Positions 13,236 to 26,807 of a DNA stretch of 64,000 nt are shown piece by piece. Within the stretch, counting starts at the first letter, position 1, and every line of letters begins with the position of its first letter. Position numbers and translations under genes: made by a program. The stretch covers positions 1,488,001-1,552,000 of the forward strand of contig CP075492.1 in the NCBI GenBank assembly GCA_021613535.1, given 5' to 3'. Below the pieces are notes generated by a model. The model ran no database searches. It worked only from the letters and a program-made list of their open reading frames with translations, and was not told where the DNA came from. This DNA comes from Adineta vaga (taxonomy: Eukaryota > Animalia > Rotifera).

Positions 13236-14357
13236 TTTCAATATGTTGACATCGAGAAAAAGCTCCATATAAAGAGTTTCATAAATTATTTTAAGAAACT
13301 ATCATATTTAATCTTTTTAAAAATACTTAAAATATTTCACATAAGAATATTCATTTAATCAAATAAAAATATTTTTGTAAAATTCTTTTATTTAATAGTG
13401 CCAATGTCAAAAAATTGAGTTGAACTATTCAAGCATTCAACTATATACTTGCGGCGTCGTAAGCGCGTGCACACATAGCATATAGATAACAAATCGCCCT
13501 ATGAAGGTGAACTGAGTAGTTAAATTCAACTTTCGAATCTTATATGTATAGTACTTGATAAAATCGATAGTCGATAGAGAATAATATGAGAATGATCTAT
13601 AATAAGGCGAAAATTCATGGTCGTATGGCGACGATTCTTAAGGGCGTGGATGAGACAAGCAGTCATGACCGATTTTGATCATATATCACAAAGATCAAAA
13701 TTGATCAATTTAAATAAATTCAAACTTGACTAGTTTATGATCAATTTCAAGCTACTTAAAATGTTTGCTTGCCCCTCTTCTTTCTTGTGAAGAAAACGTA
13801 TATATATATATGTTGAGAAAAAAAGGTGGAAGTAACCTATAGAACTATGAACGAAAGAAACGTCCCTATGATACATATGAATAACACCATATGCACAAAA
13901 AGGAAAGAAATAGTCATATATCCTTAGTTTTTTATTTGATGTAATCGTTTTCTTGTGTTATTTTTTCTGAACTTGTTTCTTGCATATTATATGCTTGTTA
14001 AGAAAAGAGAATTCAATTGTCTCATTGATGAAAGGTTTTCGTTTTTAATTTCTCATAGTAAAATCTGGTTGATTATCAGTATCAACAAGACTAGACATGT
14101 GTGAATATCCTAAAAAAGTACCGGATAGTTACCGAGGCGCTGGGTGGATGCTGAGGTGCTGCCGACACCCGGTCTGCACTTACCCTCATGCAGACCCGCA
14201 ATTTCCATTTCCTATACTCATCCTTTCAAGATTAAAAATTAGTTATTGCATAAAAGTCAATCTATTCATGAGAAAAAAAATTCCATTAACATTAACCGTT
14301 AATATTAATAGCATAAGATTCCGTTACAATTAGCAAATCTACTTCCATATAAAGTAT

Positions 14358-14897
14358 CTATACAAGTGATATACTAGCGCCGACGCGATTGAGTTGAACA
14401 AACAGACACTAAGGAAAGGGGGCATGAAGATTATCTACTTCCATTTCATCCCGTAAACAGCTGTTCTTACTCATGACAATAGTTAGCCAACAGTCATCAC
14501 AATGAAATGTTAATTCAATCATAACATCTTCTCTTTCAGATATCTTTGTTCTAGTTCCGCTTAAACCTTCATTAACAATGCGGCAACCACTCGTAAACCG
14601 TCCATATGTAGAAGGAGTTGTATGATACTGACCTGCCATCATGAATCTATCTGTTTCAACCCGTATTTGACGCGAATGAATTCCAATGAATTCAGAGCCA
14701 TAGTGCAGTTTTATGCGAATGTGGTGAGGACTTGAAGAATATGAGTTCTTCCCAAGAGCACATTGAAAAGACGATTTTTTAACCGTTTCGAATACTCGTC
14801 CGTGATCAAGGAATTGTGCCTCATCTTCTTCAAGAAAATAAACTTCAGCAAATTTTTCGTCGCTCACGTCGTTAGTCGTGGTGGAGTTAGCTACCAC
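14358..14897 (-). pseudogene. SPRY/B30.2-like beta-sandwich domain gene with premature stop
   Basis: ORF 14409-14897 has GKNSYSS.PHHIRIKL..FIGI, TYG and DVMIELTFHCD. The frame continues past TAG as PFP*CLFVQLNRVGASISLV*, consistent with a Trp-to-stop change in PFPW. The family call is by motif resemblance only. Confidence 0.5.
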
Positions 14898-16330
14898 TGT
14901 ACATATGATCGCCGCACTTTCCCCTTTTCTTAAAGTTCTTTGTTGGTTTTCCTCGAAGTCATACGCCTTTGTAGAACTTACACTTCTTTTATCTACTGCT
15001 CGTCGTAAAAACGCTTTTCTCTTTTTTCTCTCACCTCTACTGTTTGCCTTAAAAGCGCTTTTTTTCTCTTATTTTATGTTAGGAGCAACATTTCTTCAGA
15101 ACACCGTGACAATCTCAAATCGGATAATCTATGACTTTATACGATAGGAAAACAGCTCGGAAATTGGGTTTGACCGTACTATATAATAAGGGACAGACTT
15201 GGAATCAGACCGCTCTGCTCTGACCTTTCAGACTGGTATAGATCGATTTGATCGGTATTTTTTATCATACTTTACGATACGAAAACTGAATTAATGCATT
15301 TTGTTCGTTTCTATTGATTTTTGTCACGCTAAATCTAAATATTAAAAAAGATTTATGATTTTTTCTAAATGTTGTACCAATTTCTAATCTTTTTCAATTG
15401 TGCAAATTTTAAGAAGACTAGAACATAATATTTACCGTAAAAATGCGATATTTTCACCTTAATTTCACTTCATAGTTTTTTTTGTAAGGCAGATTTTTAC
15501 CATTAGATCTGCCGTTCATCAGTCTCATCCGGATTCTTAATTTCTCGGTTATCCACCGTTTGGAAGGAGTAGGTCGATCCAGACCCGACCGGGTCTGGCT
15601 CCGAGTCAAATACTTATTTTAGCAGACCTAGTTTGTATTTAGCTTTACATTTAAACCACATGAAATTTAAATCAACATATAGTATAATATTTACTTTTTC
15701 TTTATCAAAATTTACTAATGATTTTTTATCATTTACATAAATGTGGAAAATGCGGATTAGAATTTGAGTGTTGTGTGAACTTTAAAAAGTGAAAGTGTTT
15801 GATTTCACACTCTCTAAAAATGTAGATTTTATCGAAGTCAAATAACGCTTGATCAGATATATCATTTCACGAGAACCACTGCAACCCACTTCGACACAAC
15901 AAACCTCGTATTGCATAGCGGATAATACCCTATTGGGGAAATTTATATCTCAGAAGATGACACTAGAATTCAAAACCTCCACACTCATCTCTAGATCATA
16001 TTCGTTCGATATCGGTTGTACTCGATCGCACTTTACAAAACTTCCGTTCATCGATGGACAACTTCTTTTTATTAAGGAGTGTTTTGTACACGTGTTTATT
16101 ATCGTAATATTTATCATTCACTTTTGGTTTAGTTCGATCTAGCGGAGATCGATAGATTCTCAAATCATACACTACCGAGCCATTAAATATTCTAAAAGGA
16201 CACTGAGAGTACCATCCTAGTATAGCGCTTGAGGACCCAAGTGTACTCTCAAATTATACTAGAATATTTCACTGAATTTTAACCATTAGCCGCTCCCCCT
16301 AATAAAGTAATTAAAATTTTCTAAAACAAA

Positions 16331-17211
16331 TTAATGTGATTTAATTTTTTTGAAAAAATCTACATTTAAAATCCGATATAAAATAAACGAATTCATTATC
16401 CATAAGATAGGTAAACAAAGAAACATAATAAAATAATAATAATAAATTCCAATTCGTTGACCATCATAATAAATAGAAATTGTAACATGAAATAACATTC
16501 CAAAACGACATAAAAGACAAGTTATTAAATTAATAATCATATTTAATTGAACAATTAAATATTTCTCCGATATTTTATATAATTGAAATAATTTTCTTAT
16601 ATGTAAAAATATTGAATTAAATTCAGCTATTAATGTTAATGTTTGATAACCAATATTTTTTAAAAGAATTAAATTTGGAAGAAAAATTAAAATAATCTTA
16701 ACAAAAAATGTTTTCAATTTAATAAAAATCAAATTTCTCAAAAACTTACAAGAACATGATGAAGTGTCATTTCTAATAAATCAGATCCTCGTCGATTTGA
16801 AATAACATCAATTAAATCATAACAAAAATATCCTGAAAAACAAAAAGAATAAAATTATTTCTTAAAAATCAATTTGAAATTTGATTAACCAAATGAAAAT
16901 GAACAAATGAAATAAGTTATCCATGTTATATGATTTACATAATCAAAATGAATATCTTCCGAATAAATATAAAGACTATAAATAGATAAAATACCAGTAA
17001 TAATTGCATGAAGAAGACTTAACCAAATATTTGTTTGTTTAAAACGTTCAATATTGAAATCAGTAAAACAAGTATGAAAATATGATGATGATTGAATTTC
17101 TTTTTCTTTATTATTTGTTATTAATAAATGACATAAATAACGACATATAATAAAGAAAATAAACGAAATAATTGAACAAATTAAACCAATAAGATTGCTT
17201 TGAGGTATCAT
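16331..17211 (-). CDS. TLC (TRAM/LAG1/CLN8) domain membrane protein, TLCD-like; 3 exons (17211-16890, 16832-16750, 16696-16331)
   Basis: Spliced translation has SLLHAII, SFGYFCYDL, LHHVL, LIAEFNSIFLHIRKL and LLCRFG, all TLC hallmarks. Canonical short GT-AG introns. Confidence 0.88.
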
Positions 17212-17906
17212 CAATTCAAATAATATTTATTGATAGAATCAATAGATACCTTTATGTCCTTCAGTTTTATTTCACGTGTATCATTTATATATACAGAGCG
17301 AGAGAGAAAGAGGAAAAAAAACAAGCTTATATTTATTCATAAACAAATAACAGAATGATTCATTTAATCAATATGATCACAAATTACATATTTTCTCATT
17401 TAGTATTGAATAGACAATATTCTATACGTCTAAATATCCTTTTGAATATGAGGAAAGAAAAAAAAAACATGATATGAAATCGAATTTATATTTGTAATTT
17501 TAGAATATTTATCACCATTGAATTGTCTAATTCGACTTGGAATATTATCTATATGTAATTATACCTCACACAAAATGTTTTCCTGTAAGAATAAGAAGTT
17601 TTATTTTGGTTATAATTGAAAATTCTTTACAAATATGATCTCTGCTTACAAATTCTATTGATGAGTAACATGTTTAAATGTTTATCTATCAAAAATAATG
17701 ATTAGGAGCATTGTTTGAAAATCATTATTTATATTCAAAGTGAAATTCGACATCATACTCATAATTTATGTTTATTTATTATTCATTAAAGAAAAATAAT
17801 GAATAATTTTCTTTAGTTATTTATTTATATTTTAAAAGCATTTCAAATAGAAGATAAAGTATTTGTTTATAACATAACATTAGAAAAGTTTTGAAATAAT
17901 TTTCAG

Positions 17907-19496
17907 ATGAAAATTCTTCTGTATTCTTATTTTTTTCTTTTTCTAAGAAATGAAATATATTCTCAATATTTGTATCAATCTTTATATATTTTATCAAATT
18001 CTGGAACTCAATTTTCTCCATCAAATCGAGCAGCACAATTAATAAATTCAATATTTGTTAATTCATTGAAATTATGTGCTATTCAATGTAATCAAAATTC
18101 TTTATGTCGAATATTTGAATATGGTTCAATTCAATCCAATCAATGTTTACTTTTTGAAGGTGATTTAGATATTCAAGGTCATCTTATTTCATCATTGATG
18201 ACAAATTCTCAAGTTGGTATTATTCAAATAAAATCATCTCTTTTTATTAATTATGGTCAATCATGTTTAACTATTTGTTCACAAAATCGTTATTTAAAAT
18301 GTAATGATCATTTTCTATGTGATTGTATAGAACATACATATTGGAATTCATCTAGTCGAATGTGTCTTTCTCAAATGACAATATCAGGATCATTTTGTTC
18401 TCCAAATATGAATATGTGTCGTAATGATTTGAATTTAACCTGTTCATTTAATAATCAATGTATTGGTTAGTTGAATTGGCTTTTTTTCTTCAAATTATTT
18501 AAATACAAATCTTTTTTCTTTTTTTTTTAAGATAGCAGAATATCTACTTGGTCTAATGGAATAACAATAGCTGATAGAAATACAATCATACAAGGAAGTT
18601 CATCTGTTGGTCTTGATTATCCAATGGGAATTGATATTTATGAAAATAATAATGATGAATCATTAGTTATTGTTGATTCAACAAAAAGTGAAATTATTTC
18701 TATAGAAAATATTCTTTCAAATAACAAAACAATATTAGTTTTAATTCATTCTTGGTTAAATGATAATTTACAAAATCCAAGTGGACTTTTTCTTGATAAA
18801 AATAATTTATATGTTGTTGATTGTAATCAATTTCGTATTGTTTTATTTTCTTCAATGCAAACAACTGATCCATTACCACAAAATATAGCTGGAATTAAAG
18901 GAATGAATGGTAATCAATTACAAAGATTTCAATATCCTTATGGAATAATTGTTGATTATCAAAAGAATCTTTATGTTGCTGATACTTATAATCATCGAAT
19001 TATGTTTTGGTCAGTCAATTCTACTTCGGGAATTATTTTAACAGGTACAGGAATAATAGGATCAGGACCAACAGAACTTAGTGCTCCTTATGCAGTATTT
19101 CTTGATGAAAATAAAGGTAATTTATATGTAGCAGATAAAGATAATCATCGAATTCAATTATTTTATATAAATGATACAATTCCGCTGCACGGAATAACAG
19201 TAGCCGGAGGAAATGGACCTGGATCAGGAAGTCAACAACTTAATCAACCGACAGATATTTGGATATCAAAGAAAACTGAAACAATGTTTATTGTTGATTC
19301 AGGCAATCATCGTGTTCAACTTTGGAATATAGGAGAATCATCAGGTGTTACTGTTGCTGGAGATCCTAATGGTCAATCAGGTTCAGATTCTTCTAGAATG
19401 TCTTCACCATTTGGAATTACTTTTAATAAAAATGAAAGTCGAATGTATATTACAGATATTGGAAATAAAAGAATTCAATATTTTCAAATTAATTAA
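17907..19496 (+). CDS. Secreted PAN/apple + Cys-rich + NHL-repeat protein; exons 17907-18465 and 18532-19496
   Basis: Signal-like N-terminus, CAIQCNQNSLCRIFEY..QCLLF (PAN/apple), a Cys-rich segment, then NHL repeats (LYVADTYNHRI, LYVADKDNHRIQ, IVDSGNHRVQ). The intron joins the two ORFs in frame. Confidence 0.9.
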
Positions 19497-19568
19497 AATA
19501 TTAATTTAATAAAACTCGTTTATTTATTCATTATATTTTACTACTACTAATAATAATAATAAAAAGAA

Positions 19569-19626
19569 AGGCTACACCTAGGATCGAACCAAGGGACCTT
19601 TCGATCTGCAGTTGAATATTCTACCA
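19569..19626 (-). tRNA. tRNA-Cys(GCA) pseudogene, 5'-truncated
   Basis: Minus strand TGGTAGAATATTCAACTGCAGATCGAAAGGTCCCTTGGTTCGATCCTAGGTGTAGCCT contains the D-loop TGGTAG, anticodon loop CTGCAGA and T-loop GGTTCGA. The 5' acceptor strand is missing. Confidence 0.8.
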
Positions 19627-20167
19627 TATTCAGCGAAGCATATCCTAGCTCCCGATTCGAGTATTTGCTCTCTCGATTCGCTCGAGAGCTTGTTTCAATG
19701 AAACAGAGATCGGTTACAGATAGATTTTGGTTATCACTATCGATTTCACATCTTATTTTTTAATTTCAATGTTGTTATCTTATAGTTACATAAATATTCA
19801 ACTCAGTCATTCATTGCGTTGTTCCCTTGACTGAAAGGAGGATCATGTTCGAAAAAATCGAAACTTCGTTATTATGTGTCTATGTTTGTCATGCGTTAAG
19901 AGTTGTCAATGCAAAGTTTGATTTTAGAAAACAAATTTAAAGAGATACCCTTAGGTGCTCATACACTATATTATGGGAGTGTTCTTGGTTTCTCATGGTA
20001 CTCGAAAATCGATGTGCACTATCAAGAAAGGATTTTATTGCTATTCTAACTATAAGAATGGAAATAAAAATATGATCAAAGAAGGCGCTGGTTAATTTCC
20101 TGAGGGTAAGTGTGTTTCCTATACTCTCACCCACACCCTATGTGTTCACAGTATTGATGAAACCATA

Positions 20168-20329
20168 TCGTATTATGATCTTAATTGTGAAGTATCACTT
20201 AATGGTCAAGTTATTATTCGATCAAAAGATGAAATAAAATAGAAAATAGAAAAACGATTTTTAGATCCAAATTATAAAGTTCAAATTGTTGAATTTTTAC
20301 CAATTGAAAAGGAAAATCTATTCAATTAA
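20168..20329 (+). pseudogene. Short coding remnant, possibly SnoaL/NTF2-like
   Basis: SYYDLNCEVSLNGQVIIRSKDEIK*KIEKRFLDPNYKVQIVEFLP reads like protein with one stop. The fold guess is by pattern only. Confidence 0.3.
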
Positions 20330-20615
20330 TAATCACCAATCTGAACAACTAATCTACATCTATGATTCATCCATATGACTCTTCTATTGATTTGATTTGA
20401 TGTCTCTAACAAAAACAAGACCTAACCAAGTGTTTTTCTTCTCTGTATAATATTCAGTATTTAGTTTCGTCACTTTCATCTACACTCAGCTTTTTTTTGT
20501 TGTTGCGAACAATATAAGATAAAACAGATTGATATTCAAGAATGAGACACGTTGTATAGTTCTTGTTATCTTTTTCATCAGTTTTGAGTTACATTTTTTA
20601 TTTAATATTATCAAC

Positions 20616-21821
20616 ATGAAACTATCTCTTCTTTATTCCTTGTTAATTTTTATATTAATAAATATATTGGTGAATACTCATATTCATTATTCTCGTTCTA
20701 AGTCTTCGTTAATCAATAACGAATCTTCTTTTCCTTTATTCAATGCTGCAGAAGTTAATCTAAAAATCCCAGCTATTGGTCTTGGACTTGGATTCTATGG
20801 TGGTAATAATGAACCATATGGTATATATCCTGAATGTGGTGCTGAGACACATGTTGATACTTCTGGTCATCTTAATCCACCACCACCTGGTTGTGGACTT
20901 AATACTCAAAAAGCAGTATATACATGGTTGAATAAAGTTGGTGGACGTCGACTTGATTGCGCTAATTCATACTATAATCATAAATCTATTGCTCAAGGTA
21001 TTCAACAAAGTGGTATTAATCGATCTGATATCTTTATTTTGAGTAAAGTTGGACCAACATTTGCTTTAGGTTATAATGATACAATCAATCAAACGATCGA
21101 TATTTTACAAGAACTTCAAACAACTTGGATTGATCTTTTACTTGTACATTGGCCAATTATGAAACATCCTGCTCAATCATATATACCAAAGAGTTCTGAT
21201 CCTCTATGTAATATGAGTAATCCATTGACATATAATGAGAAAAATTGTCGTCTTTCAACTTGGTCTGCTATGATAACATTATTTAATCGTGGAATAGTAC
21301 GTTCTATTGGTGTATCAAATTATAATATAACACATTTACAAGAAATTATCAATGCTGGAATGATATTACCAAGTGTTAATCAAGTTTCATTTCATCCCTA
21401 TAATTATCGAACTGGACGAACTGATTTACTTAAATTTTGTCAGAAGAATAACATTCAATTAATAGCTTATTCACCATTAGGAGTATCTGATGTACATCAA
21501 TTTCCAATAATATACAAAAGTAGAGCAACAGGCATGTATTCTACATTATTTCAAGATCCTTTGATTATTTCATTGGCTAGAACTTATGAACGTACTGAAG
21601 CACAAATCTTACTACGTTGGATTCATCAATTAGGTGTCGCATCTAATCCACGATCAATGAATGAAACTCATATGAGAGAAAATCTCGATATTCTCTCGAA
21701 TCCATTTACTATTAACGATGATGATATGATGCACATAACCAATCTAGCTCAAGATACATGTGAAATTGATTCGGATTGGTATCAATGTGTGGGAGATGGA
21801 AATCCTCCTTATAAATATTGA
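20616..21821 (+). CDS. Aldo-keto reductase with N-terminal signal peptide/anchor, intronless
   Basis: IPAIGLG, LDCANSY (catalytic D and Y), ILSKV (K), IDLLLVHWP (H), RSIGVSNY, PSVNQV, AYSPLG, AQILLRW. Hydrophobic leader MKLSLLYSLLIFILINILV. Confidence 0.93.
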   Translation: MKLSLLYSLLIFILINILVNTHIHYSRSKSSLINNESSFPLFNAAEVNLKIPAIGLGLGFYGGNNEPYGIYPECGAETHVDTSGHLNPPPPGCGLNTQKAVYTWLNKVGGRRLDCANSYYNHKSIAQGIQQSGINRSDIFILSKVGPTFALGYNDTINQTIDILQELQTTWIDLLLVHWPIMKHPAQSYIPKSSDPLCNMSNPLTYNEKNCRLSTWSAMITLFNRGIVRSIGVSNYNITHLQEIINAGMILPSVNQVSFHPYNYRTGRTDLLKFCQKNNIQLIAYSPLGVSDVHQFPIIYKSRATGMYSTLFQDPLIISLARTYERTEAQILLRWIHQLGVASNPRSMNETHMRENLDILSNPFTINDDDMMHITNLAQDTCEIDSDWYQCVGDGNPPYKY

Positions 21822-22431
21822 AGATAGATTAAAACTTGAACAATGAATAAACTTATATGTTCTTTTTTTGATTTGTTCGATTAAAACGAATCTCCTATTT
21901 AACATGGAAGACTTTTCAGACGTGATTTCGAATATTCATTGTCATTAAATCCATTAACAATAATAGTAATGAATAATATGTTTGAAGGATACAGGATCAA
22001 GTGAGTGAGGATGAGACTATACTCTTAACACACTCACACCCACCCTTTCATCGAAGTTGGTTCGGAACAACAATGAAGTGTTTGGTTTTTTTTTCATTAT
22101 TTATTAATCTTGAGAGAAATTATTTAGGATCCTTTCGTACTGCATGATTTACTCAAACAATTATTATACAATGAAACATATTTTGAACAATATTATGATC
22201 TGTAATTTAATATATAAAATATAACGTTGAAGATTTTATTGAAACTATTCATTATAATATTAAATCTGAAATGATATAATTAAATAGAGTATTTTGAACG
22301 AGAATTAATGATCACATGTCTTTCATTCATCAATTGATATTAATACATCCGAAAGAAAGAACGAAAAAGATTCATATTCATCATTATAACAATACTTTAG
22401 TCTTTATTTTTCTATTTATTTTGAAAAAAAA

Positions 22432-23449
22432 ATGTCATCATCAAATCTGATTGATACATTAAATAGACTTCAAAAACAATTAACTCTTTATATTTGTCCA
22501 ATATGGCTTGTATTTGGTACCGTTGGTTGTTTATTTAATCTTCTAATTTTTTCTCGTCCAAAATTACGAAAAAGTTCATGTTGTATTTGTAAGTATTGAA
22601 TAAGATTTTCCTATTAAAAAGTAATACTTTCTAGATTTTTTTGCTGCTTCTGTTGGTCATTTATTAACATTAAGTGTTGGTCTTGGAACATTACTTTATA
22701 GTTTAAATCATTCTGATCCACAAATACAAACAATTATTTTTTGTAAAATTCGTGGTTATCTATTTCAAATAAGTATCATTCTTTCACGTTGGTTTATTAC
22801 ATTAGCTTGTATTGATCGTTATGCTTCAACATCATTAAATATTCGTTTAAGAAATTTTGCAAAACCAAAAATAGCTTATCGTATTATTTCTTTGATTACA
22901 TGTTTTTGGTTAATTATTTGTATTCATAGACTTATATTCTATGAAATAAAAGAAAATTTATGTGGTATTGTAAATAATATAATTGCCTCATATTATCATA
23001 CTGCATATGTTGTTTTTGCCGTTGGTTTATTTCCTCCAATAACAATGTTTATCAGTGCATATCTTATTCGTCGAAATCTTTCTCTTCGACAACAAAGACG
23101 AATAAATTTAGTTCAAAATGATTTACAACAAAATTCACTTGATCAACAAGTACTTCGTATGTTATTTATGCAAATTATTTGTTATATTATATTTACTTTA
23201 CCTCAAATGGGTAATCTTATTTTTAGTACAATATCAATTACAATTCCTAATCGTTCAAATGAACATTTAACTATTGAACGATTTGTAGTATTTTTAGGTG
23301 AAATAATGCTTTATTTATTTGGTGTAACAACATTTTATTTATATACATTAACATCACAAACATTTCGATCGGAATTTATCAAACTTTTTTATTTTTATCA
23401 TCATCGACAAAATCGAATTATACCTTCAACTCTTGAAGTTCAACAATGA
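22432..23449 (+). CDS. Rhodopsin-like (class A) GPCR; exons 22432-22588 and 22635-23449
   Basis: Spliced protein has GCLFNLLIF, CCIYFFAAS, FCKIRGY, ACIDRY and FYLYTLTSQTFRSE, with seven hydrophobic segments. Confidence 0.9.
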
Positions 23450-24728
23450 ATAATCGTGTGGAATAATAAATATATTTTTTCATATCTTCATAAGATCAAT
23501 ATGGTAGAGCAAATAATTGTTTCATCGTTCATCATACTCATTATAACGTTGATTTTATCAGTATAATAATTGAATAAACTTAATGATATGATTCTATCTA
23601 TTTTACTTACATCTTTCATATCCTATGATTTCTAAATACATGTCGCAGAAAACATTCGATTAACCATATACAATTACTATCTTATCTCATCGTAATATGA
23701 CGGTAATGGATCAAATAAGAAGACATAAAGGCGTATACGAAAAGAAAAGTATAATGTATGGAATTAAGAAATTCTCTTTAGTTAAAGTAGCTCTTTCGTC
23801 TCTTCTTTTATCTCGTTTATAGTAGTTGCTTTGAGTTATTATAAAAGTATTACTCAGCAAATGCTTTTACTTATTCTTGTATTAATTCATCAACATGATT
23901 TTTGAAAGTTCGATTCTTCTTTGAGAATGATGTTGAACAAATCCTACAATATTCATCCATCTTATTTGACAACTTAATGTCATCTTTAAAACGCTCCATT
24001 TGATTACGCTTGATATTGTACACTATTCTTATATGAAAGAACATGTCCTGTCAAACAACCTGAAGTTAATTGTGTTTTACATTATAATCCAAATCTTTTT
24101 CTCTTTGAGTATTTTCATCAATTTGTGATGGAACTCTCATCGTATTATTTATTCTCGTACGTCTTTCTATCTGAATAGAAGTGTGTACTGCGAATCTCAT
24201 ATTGAATTATTGCTTAAACAAAATAATTTGATTCTATGATTCAGTTGAGTAATCAACCGGGTTTGGTACCAATTCGTGTTCCATCTGATGGTAAAAGTAC
24301 GACCGAATTTTGGCAACTTGTCGAAAGAAAATGTGGACTGTCTGTGAGTAAAAGTGTTAGTATTCATCATCTCAAATTTAAAAGACAACAATTAGTTAAA
24401 CAGAAAAAAAATGCAACTATCTTGATGGTGGGTATGGATGTAATTCAATGTCTCTATACCCGCGTATAAAAAAAATCTATTATACAATATCGAAATAAGA
24501 TTGAACAATGCTTTCTTCAAACATTATAAAAGAAAAAGAAGTAAATGTTAATTGATTATCGTGCTTTTTAATCGTTATTAGAGATTCTTATGTTATTTCA
24601 TTTCGAACAAATGTTCGTAGTTTATTTGGTAAATAATAAAACACACACATATTACATTCTAAACTACACTCTGAGACAAACCATGTATATAAAATCAATA
24701 GTCAAAAAGTAATTGAATTAGATATCTC

Positions 24729-25782
24729 CTAAGTTGTGGGTCTAATACGTCGAGTAATTGTTACTAGTTCATTACGATACATAAAAGTAGACTTGATTAT
24801 TCTCTTTAGTTCTCGACGAAATGTACGTGATACAAGTGTATACATATAAAATGATAAAACAGGATACATATACCAAATATATTCAGTTAAAAATTTAAGA
24901 AATGTTTCAATGATGAGATGATAGCTTGATTTAATCATATATCGTGTTAAAGCAGTGTATACTAAACCAATTGTCCAAGGTAAATTACTAATAATATAAA
25001 TAAATATTTGAATAAATAACATAATAAGTGCTTGTTGATCACGTGAATGAAGTACATTATTTTGATGTTGTTCATTTCTTTGTTGAATAGGATTTTGATG
25101 ATGACGAATACGAAGATTTTTAAGATAAAGATTGTGTCGAATAAGTAAAGTAAATATAAACATGAATAAAGGTGGAAGAAGACCACCACAGATGATTGTA
25201 AAGAAACTATGATAAATTCCAACAATCGGAATAGAAAATACACATAGATTCATTTGTACATCGGTCCAAGGTATTTGATAAAAAGGTAAAATTAACCAAA
25301 TTATAACAATTATTCCTATAATACGAATTGTCATGTAAAAACTCACAAATCGTTGTAGATTTCCATTGATAAGTGTGTGAATATATCGATCAAAACATGC
25401 ACCAACCATTAACCAATGATACATCATCGCACTCATTGATAAAAGATAATTACGAGCTTTACAAAAACTCGATATAGTATTGTATAGATTTGGATGATTA
25501 AATGCATATATAAGTGGAATAATTCGTATACTTAATGCTATCAGCATTGGTACAGATGCTGCTAAAAAATCTATTTTACAATAGAAAAAAAACTTAATAA
25601 ATTCTATTATAATTAGTATTGATATTTTACTTACATAAACAACATGATATCTTTCGAAATCGTCGACGAGAAAAAAGTAAAATATTGAGACAACATCCAA
25701 TAGGACCAAAAATTAATCATATTGGCCAACCATACCAAACAATATATTGTTGAATACGAGGAAGTATGTCGATCAATGACAT
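24729..25782 (-). pseudogene. Class A GPCR paralog with a nonsense codon in exon 1; exons 25782-25635 and 25570-24729
   Basis: Same intron position as the 22432 gene; ACFDRY and FYMYTLVSRTFRRE present. Exon 1 reads GWPI*LIFG (TGA at 25719-25717) where the paralog has CPIWLVFG. Confidence 0.8.
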
Positions 25783-26807
25783 TGATTTTCAATTCTGAAA
25801 AAGAAAATAACACATAGATAATTTATTTATTATATGAAAGTATATACAACGAACAATCTTTCATAAGAAATAAAAGTTATAAGCAAGAATGAAAATAGAT
25901 TATAACTTATGAACATATTCATTGTATTTTATATTTTTTTCTCACAATTTTATCATGAAAAATAACAATTGGTTTATATAAAAGAATGTAAGTGACAGTA
26001 ATTCTTTTTCAGACAGTACTTGTTATCAAATGTCTGCGTAAGATACAAGTACATTATAACAAATGGATTTTTTTTTTCTTGCCATTATAGATTATCTTAT
26101 ATTGCAAATCTACACAGTATTATAAATTTCAATGTACAACTTATATTTACAAAACGAAATGATTTAAAGAATGTTTATATCTGTCATTAATTTGAGATTA
26201 CTTTTAAAAACATATCAAATGATAAATCTGACAATGACAGTCAGATTGAAGAAAAAACTCGAAGATGTGTTTATGAAATATGTTGTTTGAAGATAAGAAG
26301 GTAAGCTTATAAACACTAATGCTTCCAAATATTCTTTTGGGAACAATATTTTTTAATATAATAACATGTACGCTTTTACATATAGAATGGCCATTTTTTG
26401 TTTCATATCAATCTTATTAAAAGAAATATATTAGAATAATGAGTAAAACATAATGATAGTTTTATAAATGAATGACATTTAAATGAAACAAACAAGCTAA
26501 CTAGAATAACATCAATTATAATGGATATACATCTCGCATTGATTAAATCTTTTGGTCTATCTTTGAAGATGTTGTAAAGTATGAAGAAACATCGAAATAA
26601 TTAAAGATGGTATATAGAAGAACAATGGAAAAGCCCATATAAGAAAATGATTACTAAAATCTGAATTCAATAAGAAGGGGCGTGGGTACGAGTATTTATG
26701 ACGAATATTTATTTGAAGCATAGAAAAGCGCTCGAAAAATATTTCAAAAAAGAAAGCGACTAATTTAATTCATATGATACAATTGTATCAATATATATTT
26801 ATATCCA

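Noticed and set aside
15164-15630. Possible old MITE with gact.gga..cagacc inverted ends
   Set aside because: The arms are too degenerate to define boundaries or a TSD by eye.
23990-24469. Exon-like fragment (LSNQPGLVPIRVPSDGKSTTEFWQLVERKCGLS then gtgagt)
   Set aside because: Looks like a gene relic, but no consistent gene model or family could be built.
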